Of a stretch of DNA of 41,342 bases, positions 35,045 to 41,342 are shown piece by piece. The position numbers and the translations under genes were made by a program. Every line of letters begins with the position of its first letter. The stretch's first letter is position 1. The DNA is from an uncultured Gammaproteobacteria bacterium (GTDB taxonomy: Bacteria > Patescibacteriota > Patescibacteriia > UBA9934 > UBA11717): assembly GCA_964365275.1 (NCBI GenBank), contig CAYIOW010000003.1, positions 1-41,342 of the forward strand. The letters run 5' to 3'. The notes under the pieces are model-generated. The model was not told where the DNA came from and made no database searches. It saw only the letters and a list, made by a program, of their open reading frames with translations.

Positions 35045-35623
35045 ACCAAGTTGCCAAAGCGCTCTCACTCCATTTTCAAATACTTCCTCCGGCGTGCCGT
35101 TAGCGTCTATGACGAAATCCGCGTACCGCTTCGTGGGATACAAAAACGCCCGCGCCGCCGGAATCATCACATGATATAAATATCCGCGGTCAACATCCGG
35201 CTGGCGCATAATCCTGCGGTCAACTTGAATGTCTTCTTCAAGGTCAAAATACAGTTTCAGGTCTAACAAGTCGCGCAGGTCCGGATGATAAAGCACCTGA
35301 TAGCCGTCAACAAGAATATAATCGGACGGTTCAACAATCTTCGTGCCGACCATTTTGTTTATCGCCCGCTCATAATTCGGCACTACGGCGCTTCTTCCCT
35401 GCTTCAAACTTTGCGCCGCCTCTACAAGTCCATCCCATTTTATGCTTGCGGGATGGTCCCAATACGCATATCCCATCGGGTGGTGGTCCACTTCGGTGTC
35501 GTCCACGAAATAATCATCCAACTTCAGCCGAGACATTCCGGGTACGGTGTCCAAAACCCTTCGGCAAAATGTGCTCTTCCCAGCTCCCGAAGGTCCCGCG
35601 ACACCAATCAGAACCGGAGTCAT
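35018..35623 (-). CDS. udk: Uridine kinase
   Basis: IGVAGPSGAGKST P-loop; DHPASI and PTKRYAD motifs. Confidence 0.85.
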   Translation of the reverse strand: MTPVLIGVAGPSGAGKSTFCRRVLDTVPGMSRLKLDDYFVDDTEVDHHPMGYAYWDHPASIKWDGLVEAAQSLKQGRSAVVPNYERAINKMVGTKIVEPSDYILVDGYQVLYHPDLRDLLDLKLYFDLEEDIQVDRRIMRQPDVDRGYLYHVMIPAARAFLYPTKRYADFVIDANGTPEEVFENGVRALWQLGIPPLKRGG

Positions 35624-35706
35624 ATTACGAGTTCAAATATTCCAAGCTCTCTTGATTTCATACCGCGGTATTTTATCACGATGCGCCAACTAAGGTCGCG
35701 AAGGGC

Positions 35707-35770
35707 GGGGTCTGACCCGTAGATATGTGGATAAAAGGGTCAGACCCCTTTATCCACAGGGTCTTACCCC
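35707..35770. repeat. Family B cluster including the DnaA-box-flanked 34-mer
   Basis: GGGGTCTGACCC, the 34-mer at 35725-35758 and GGGTCTTACCCC; a further copy at 36005-36016. Confidence 0.85.
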
Positions 35771-35801
35771 TTTCAATAAAATTAAGTGTTGTCTCACACT
35801 A

Positions 35802-35830
35802 TTGCGTGCGGTTTATTTGCATGATACTAT
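35802..35830 (+). promoter_or_regulatory. Promoter of tRNA-Asp
   Basis: TTGCGT-N17-TACTAT with a TG extension. Confidence 0.65.
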
Positions 35831-35848
35831 TCTGCCGCTCTCAAAAAT

Positions 35849-35926
35849 GGGCCGGTGGTGTAGCCCGGTTAACACGTCTCCCTGTCACGGAGAAGACCGA
35901 GGGTTCGAATCCCTTCCGGCCCGCCA
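35849..35926 (+). tRNA. tRNA-Asp(GTC)
   Basis: Acceptor stem GGGCCGG/CCGGCCC, anticodon arm TCTCC-CTGTCAC-GGAGA, T-loop TTCGAAT, encoded G-CCA end. Confidence 0.97.
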
Positions 35927-35963
35927 AATAAAAATCCTAGCACGAGTGCTAGGATTTTTATTT
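35926..35963. terminator. Bidirectional-type terminator after tRNA-Asp
   Basis: AAATAAAAATCCTAGCAC-GA-GTGCTAGGATTTTTATTT. Confidence 0.8.
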
Positions 35964-36081
35964 GGCGATGTTTAAGCCACCTGTATGGCTTAAAGATATC
36001 CACCGGGGTCTGACCCACTTGTCACAAAAGTTAATAGTTAAGACCTGACCCCATTTATATGAAATGATGTATACTCGCTCT

Positions 36082-36855
36082 ATGAAAGAGACCGTTCAAT
36101 TTGCTCTGCGGGCAAAAAAAGACCCGATAAAAGCCAAAAACCTAAAGTGGTTTTTTAAAACCGGCAGAGGCGAATATGGCGAAGGAGACAAGTTTTTAGG
36201 GGTATCGGTTCCGGATGTACGGGCAATCGCAAAACGATTTCGCGGATTATCGTTACAAGAACTGAAAACACTCCTCCGTTCGCCGTTTCACGAGGAAAGA
36301 CAGGCGGCGCTATTTATTTTGATCAGTCAATTTCAAAAAGGAAACGAGGCGTTGCGGAAAAAGATTTTCAAAATGTATCTTGCCCATACTTCATTTATCA
36401 ATAACTGGGACCTCGTTGACTGCTCCGCGGAACACATAGTCGGCGCGTATCTGGAACAGAAATCAAAAACGCTTCTTTTGAAACTTGCGCGGTCGCGCTT
36501 GCTATGGAATCGTCGCGTGGCGATGATTGCGACATTCCGCTTTATAAAAAACGGCTCATCCGATGCCGCTCTTAAAATCGCAAAACTTCTCGTTCACGAC
36601 AAACACGACCTGATTCATAAAGCTGTCGGCTGGATGTTGCGCGAGGTCGGTTCAAGATGTTTAATGCGCGACCTCAAGACATTTCTGCGACAACATTCGC
36701 GCGCTATGCCACGGACGATGTTACGCTATGCGATTGAAAAGTTTCCGGAGCAGAAGAGAAAAATTCATTTAAAGAAACGGTCAGATTTATATCCCGCAAG
36801 CAAGCATGAAAATGAGATAAATCAGTTATCCACATCCGTTATAGACACAAAATAA
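36082..36855 (+). CDS. DNA alkylation repair protein (AlkD-like)
   Basis: FFKTGRGEYGEGDKFLGV, INNWDLVD, LIHKAVGWMLREVG and MPRTMLRYAIEKF motifs; TATACT 6 nt before the ATG. Confidence 0.93.
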   Translation: MKETVQFALRAKKDPIKAKNLKWFFKTGRGEYGEGDKFLGVSVPDVRAIAKRFRGLSLQELKTLLRSPFHEERQAALFILISQFQKGNEALRKKIFKMYLAHTSFINNWDLVDCSAEHIVGAYLEQKSKTLLLKLARSRLLWNRRVAMIATFRFIKNGSSDAALKIAKLLVHDKHDLIHKAVGWMLREVGSRCLMRDLKTFLRQHSRAMPRTMLRYAIEKFPEQKRKIHLKKRSDLYPASKHENEINQLSTSVIDTK

Positions 36856-36902
36856 CCTTGAACGCATAATGTGTTCATCTAACTATTCACACAAAAACAA
36901 AT

Positions 36903-37121
36903 ATGCTGTGCGGCGAAAAAAGGTGCGGCGGCCACAAGGCCGCGTGCGTCCTCTTATTTATCGGAGGAATCAACTGGGGACTTATCGGTCTCTTTGGCTG
37001 GAATTTCGTAAGTGAAATCTTCGGGAGCGTCAGCTGGCTTGAACGGGCGATTTACATTCTCGTCGGGCTTGCCGCGTTGATGATGCTTGGATGTGGAAGA
37101 TGCAAAATGTGCAAAAGGTAA
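36903..37121 (+). CDS. DUF378 small membrane protein
   Basis: LLFIGGINWGLIGLFGWNFV...IYILVGLAAL. Confidence 0.9.
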   Translation: MLCGEKRCGGHKAACVLLFIGGINWGLIGLFGWNFVSEIFGSVSWLERAIYILVGLAALMMLGCGRCKMCKR

Positions 37122-37207
37122 AACTTGCGCGACGGCGCATCTCATTCAAACGCGCAAGTTTTATGTAGTTAAATGGCGAGATTCAAAAGGGAGGAATGCC
37201 AAAATTA

Positions 37208-38590
37208 TTAATCTTTGGTCAGAAACAGGAGGCGCGATTTTTTGTTCAAATATCCAAACTCTTCAAGCGCTTCGCGAGCAGAGCGTTCAAAAACATCGGC
37301 GCCCCGCGCTTTCTTCATTGAAAAAGGCACCACACCCCACCGCAAAACCAGCTGTGCAAGTTCGCGCGGTTCGCTCGCCGCAACAAACATCGGCGTTTCC
37401 GGACGATGTCGCGATATCGCGGAAGCAAGATTGCCGTATTGCAATCCGGTAACAATTCCGTCAAGCCCATTTCCCTTTCCGGCAAGCCGTATTTGTTTCG
37501 CAAACTCTTTGTCGGTTTTGTCAAAACAAAGCTCGTCCGGACGCAAATCGTCAAAGACGCTCTCTTCGGTTTTTTCCGCAACCCTTGCAAGCGTTTCAAC
37601 CGCCTTGACCGGATACTTTCCGGTCGCCGACTCCGCGGAAAGCATTACCGCGTCCGCGTGGTCTATTACGGCGTTCGCCACATCCGACACCTCGGCTCGC
37701 GTCGCTCGCGGATTTTCCTTCATACTCTCAAGCATCTGCGTCGCCACAATCACCGGCTTTCCGGCGCACCGGGCCGCTCGCGCGATTTCCTTCTGTCTAA
37801 GCGGTACTTCCTCCTCCGGAATTTCAACACCCAAATCGCCGCGTCCAACCATAACGGCATCCGCTTCTTTTATTATTTCATCCATTCGGCGAATCGCGTC
37901 CGCTCGCTCTATCTTCGCAACGATTTGAATCGGCACGCCGCGCTTTTCCTGCCTGTGTTCCTCGCGCTCAACCAAGTCGCGCAGTTTTTTTATGTCGTCG
38001 GCGGCCGACACGAAAGACAGCACCATAAAATCAACTTCCTCGCGCACGCCGAACGCAACATCCTTCTGGTCCTTTGCAGTCAATGTTGATAAACGCACGG
38101 ACGAATCCGGCAGATTAACTCCTTTATGTGAAGTCATCAGCCCGCCAACCTTCACAGTCGCGCTAACCACCTGATTCAGAACGCGGTCAACAACGCATAC
38201 CAATAAACCATCGTCAATCAAAATCCTGTCTCCCGCTTTAACATCGCGTGAAAATCCGCCATAGCTTACTGGAATCAATCGTTCGGTTTCGTCATATTCT
38301 TTCGCTCGCGGAGAGAAATGAATCGTCTGTCCGTTTTTTAAAACGAGCCCGGTCGTCGGAAGCGCGCCAACCCTTATTTTCGGCCCCTGCAAGTCCTGCA
38401 AAATGGCAACGGTTTTTCCCAGTTCGGCGGCAATTTCGCGAATCATTTTTATGTATCCCGCATGTTCTTCATGCGTGCCGTGCGAGAAATTCAACCGCGC
38501 CACATTCATTCCCGCCTTAATCATCTGTTTCAAAACCGCCGGCTTTGAAGAAGCCGGACCTATCGTGCAAATGATTTTAGTTCTGCGCAT
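37208..38590 (-). CDS. pyk: Pyruvate kinase
   Basis: RTKIICTIGPAS, ARLNFSHG, DLQGPKIR and ATQMLESM motifs. Confidence 0.98.
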   Translation of the reverse strand: MRRTKIICTIGPASSKPAVLKQMIKAGMNVARLNFSHGTHEEHAGYIKMIREIAAELGKTVAILQDLQGPKIRVGALPTTGLVLKNGQTIHFSPRAKEYDETERLIPVSYGGFSRDVKAGDRILIDDGLLVCVVDRVLNQVVSATVKVGGLMTSHKGVNLPDSSVRLSTLTAKDQKDVAFGVREEVDFMVLSFVSAADDIKKLRDLVEREEHRQEKRGVPIQIVAKIERADAIRRMDEIIKEADAVMVGRGDLGVEIPEEEVPLRQKEIARAARCAGKPVIVATQMLESMKENPRATRAEVSDVANAVIDHADAVMLSAESATGKYPVKAVETLARVAEKTEESVFDDLRPDELCFDKTDKEFAKQIRLAGKGNGLDGIVTGLQYGNLASAISRHRPETPMFVAASEPRELAQLVLRWGVVPFSMKKARGADVFERSAREALEEFGYLNKKSRLLFLTKD

Positions 38591-38600
38591 AGGGACAGAA

Positions 38601-39071
38601 TTAATTCTTTTTCCTCCTCCGTTTTTTGCGTTCCAATTCTGCAAGTTCTTTCTTGAACATACCGACATCTTCAAATTGCCGATACACGCTTGCGAAACGG
38701 ATATACGCAACCTTGTCAAAACCGCGGAGACGCCGCATCGCTATGTTTCCGATTTCCAAACTGGTGATTTCATCCTCTTCGCGACATTGAAGGTCATGCT
38801 CTATTTCACGGATAAGTTGTTTCAGACGATTCGCCGTGTGCGGCCGTTTCTCAAGAGCGCGAATTATGCCGCGGGATAATTTGTCTCTTGAATAACTCTC
38901 GCGCCTTCCGTCTCGTTTCACAACCACCAAATCCAGAAGCGCGATTTCCTCAACCGTGGTAAAGCGGTGCTTGCACTTCAAACATTCGCGCCGGCGCCTT
39001 ATCTCTTCGCCGAGAGTAGAGCCGCGCGTATCCGCAACTTTCGTATCGTGAGCGCAAATCGGACACCGCAT
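38601..39071 (-). CDS. nrdR: Transcriptional repressor NrdR
   Basis: MRCPIC...IRRRRECLKCKHRFTT...VAYIRFASVY. Confidence 0.97.
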   Translation of the reverse strand: MRCPICAHDTKVADTRGSTLGEEIRRRRECLKCKHRFTTVEEIALLDLVVVKRDGRRESYSRDKLSRGIIRALEKRPHTANRLKQLIREIEHDLQCREEDEITSLEIGNIAMRRLRGFDKVAYIRFASVYRQFEDVGMFKKELAELERKKRRRKKN

Positions 39072-39127
39072 TTATTTATATTATACTCTTTGAACACAAA
39101 TCTAACCAGCAATCCGGATATCTCGTC

Positions 39128-40381
39128 CTACATCATTTTCTTTCTTATGAAGGCGGGGATATCCATAACATCCTCATCCGATTGTTCTTGCGATTTTGCC
39201 GATTGCGCGGATTCTTCCTGCTCGTCCACCGGAGTTGTCGCGGAAGCGGTGCGCTGTTTCGGCTCGTCTTTCAAAACGCGTTTTGAAAAAACCGGCTCTT
39301 CCTGTTTCTCTCTCATCTTAGCCGCGAAATCAGAAAGAGGTGCGGCTTGCGGAACTCGTGTAACCGGCGGCGCCCAAGTCGCCGAAGCGGACACAACGCT
39401 TGTGCCGTAAACCATCGCCGGCCTTTCGCGCCCCTCAAAACCGGTCGCGACGACCGTGATGGCGACAGCGTCTCCCATACCTTCCGAAATGTTCGCGCCA
39501 AAAATAACGCGGGCATCATCGTCCGCCGAGCCGGTAATTACCTTCGCCGCCTCCGCCACTTCCTGCATCCCCAAATCAAGCCCTCCGGTGATGGTGAACA
39601 GAATGCCCTTGGCGCCTTCAATTGAAATTTCAAGAAGCGGACTTGCTATCGCCTGTTTCGCCGCTTCAACGGCGCGGTTTTCTCCGGATGCGTGTCCGAT
39701 TCCCATCAACGCCGAACCGGAGCGACTCATAATGGCGCGAACATCGGCAAAATCAACATTGATAAGTCCCGGAATCGTAATAAGTTCCGAAATTCCCTGC
39801 ACGCCCTGTCGCAAGACCTCATCAACGGTTCTGAACGCTTCAACAAGCGCGGTTTTCTTGTCTATTATTTGAAGCACTCGGTCATTCGGAATCGTTATTA
39901 TCGTGTCAACATTCGCCGCGAGCTTGTCCAACGCTTCATCCGCAATGCGCTTTCTCTGCGCTCCTTCAAATGTGAACGGCTTGGTAACCACGGCAACCGT
40001 GAGCGCACCAACATCGCGCGCCAGTTTCGCAATATGGTGCGCCGCTCCGCTTCCGGTTCCGCCGCCAAGCCCGCAGGTGATAAACACCATGTCGGCGCCA
40101 TTAATCACATTGCGAATTTCGTTCTGGCTTTCTTCCGCCGCGCGAAAACCGATTTCGGGATTCATTCCCGCTCCAAGCCCGCGAGTTACCGATTTCCCAA
40201 TCGGTATTTTCACATGGGCCATTGAATGATGAAGCGCCTGAACATCGGTGTTCAGTGCTATAAATTCAACCCCCTTTATTTTCGCTTCAACCATACGGTT
40301 AATAGCGCTTCCTCCTCCGCCTCCGACACCCACGACCTTAATTTTCGCGAATGTCTCAATGTCTGGTTTGATCTGTGCCAT
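39128..40381 (-). CDS. ftsZ: Cell division protein FtsZ
   Basis: GLGGGTGSG tubulin signature; NVDFAD; C-terminal DIPAFIRK. Confidence 0.99.
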   Translation of the reverse strand: MAQIKPDIETFAKIKVVGVGGGGGSAINRMVEAKIKGVEFIALNTDVQALHHSMAHVKIPIGKSVTRGLGAGMNPEIGFRAAEESQNEIRNVINGADMVFITCGLGGGTGSGAAHHIAKLARDVGALTVAVVTKPFTFEGAQRKRIADEALDKLAANVDTIITIPNDRVLQIIDKKTALVEAFRTVDEVLRQGVQGISELITIPGLINVDFADVRAIMSRSGSALMGIGHASGENRAVEAAKQAIASPLLEISIEGAKGILFTITGGLDLGMQEVAEAAKVITGSADDDARVIFGANISEGMGDAVAITVVATGFEGRERPAMVYGTSVVSASATWAPPVTRVPQAAPLSDFAAKMREKQEEPVFSKRVLKDEPKQRTASATTPVDEQEESAQSAKSQEQSDEDVMDIPAFIRKKMM

Positions 40382-40570
40382 ATAGTTTGAGCACAATATT
40401 TATTCACCCCCTTGCCCCCTGAATACTTTTCGTACGCGGGAATTATACCACTAGCATAACTGGAAGCAAGGCCGGGACTGTGGAGAGTATGAGGTATTGG
40501 GTAAGGGGTATGATGTGGAGATATTATTCTCTTCAAACCACTCCCTAAATAATGATACAATGACATATGT

Positions 40571-41342
40571 ATGAATGACGCAAATCTGAAGTTAGCTATC
40601 ATAGAAGCGCTGTGCAAATGCGGCGCGATGAAATACCCGGTCTATGATGGTTCCGCGGAATACAACAACGAACCGCTGACGAAGATTCGCGAGCAGTTAT
40701 TGTCGTCCGATGTTGAGAAACACATTGATAAAATTAAAACGGTTCGCTGGGCGGCAGATTCCGGACTAATCGGGATAATTTGGCCGAATTGGGACGGCGA
40801 GGACGATTATTTTGATATTGAGAACCTTTCGGGAATTGAGAAATTGCAAAACCTGAAATCGCTGAAAATTGAGAGTTTAATTTCAGACACTGATGAAAAC
40901 AGAAAAATCGTCGCCAATTTAATCGCGAAAGGCGTTGCCGTTTCCATCAACGGACATGAGGGTTGGCCTTCAAAAAGGCCGTTTACGCCAGTTGAGCCGG
41001 CTGTTCCCAGTTTTGAAATGCCTAAGATTCATCCGGCAATACAAAGAGAAATTCAAATTGCGGGCATTGCCGTTGATGATTTACAAAATAGAATTGACAA
41101 AACGGTTTCAAAAATATTCAGCATAACCGAATTAAAAACTGTGGAAAAACAGGAACCGACATCGGTGGGCGGGTATCGGACAATTCGCGACGTTAGCGCG
41201 AATGAAAAAGATGCGACCTACAATTCAATCCTGACAAAAGTGTTCTGGAATGAAAAAGAAATGGACAATGTTTCGCTGTACGCGCGCTATCTTAATGGCT
41301 TGCGAAATGTAACGATAAACGGTTCCGCCGGAAAAGACGGAG
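40571..41342 (+). CDS. Hypothetical protein with an N-terminal DUF6892-like domain, partial (absent from the ORF track)
   Basis: Open frame MNDANLKLAIIEAL...IWPNWDGEDDYFDIENLSGIEKLQNLKSL to the window end; TACAAT just upstream. Confidence 0.75.
   Translation, partial: MNDANLKLAIIEALCKCGAMKYPVYDGSAEYNNEPLTKIREQLLSSDVEKHIDKIKTVRWAADSGLIGIIWPNWDGEDDYFDIENLSGIEKLQNLKSLKIESLISDTDENRKIVANLIAKGVAVSINGHEGWPSKRPFTPVEPAVPSFEMPKIHPAIQREIQIAGIAVDDLQNRIDKTVSKIFSITELKTVEKQEPTSVGGYRTIRDVSANEKDATYNSILTKVFWNEKEMDNVSLYARYLNGLRNVTINGSAGKDG

Overview
This window looks like a Patescibacteria (CPR) chromosome segment, probably class ABY1 (Uhrbacteria-like). That call is inferred from the S-layer-like protein type, the PaaX/Cas2-like gene, the DUF5667 anti-sigma and the scarcity of Shine-Dalgarno (SD) motifs before core genes. 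The backbone carries a partial S-layer-like gene, an ECF sigma/anti-sigma pair, cell-surface and polysaccharide genes, smpB-ssrA, infC-rpmI-rplT, udk, tRNA-Asp, pyk, nrdR and ftsZ. Three layers stand out. (1) Six visibly GC-rich, stand-alone genes: three MopE-repeat lipoproteins, a collagen plus outer-membrane-beta-barrel-like protein and two bitopic Cys-rich proteins. All six have an AT-rich sigma70 promoter, a structured leader, a stem-loop abutting an SD, and a terminator-like 3' end. They look like diderm (Myxococcota-style) envelope genes in a lineage thought to lack an outer membrane. (2) Four small stand-alone genes (DUF559, GIY-YIG, four-helix bundle, PaaX/Cas2-like) are each accompanied by their own repeat family, and several further REP/MITE-like families are dispersed, nested, or overlapping gene ends. 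(3) The tmRNA gene is 549 nt long and carries a 161-bp TA-flanked hairpin insertion. No database searches were run; family names come from motif recognition.
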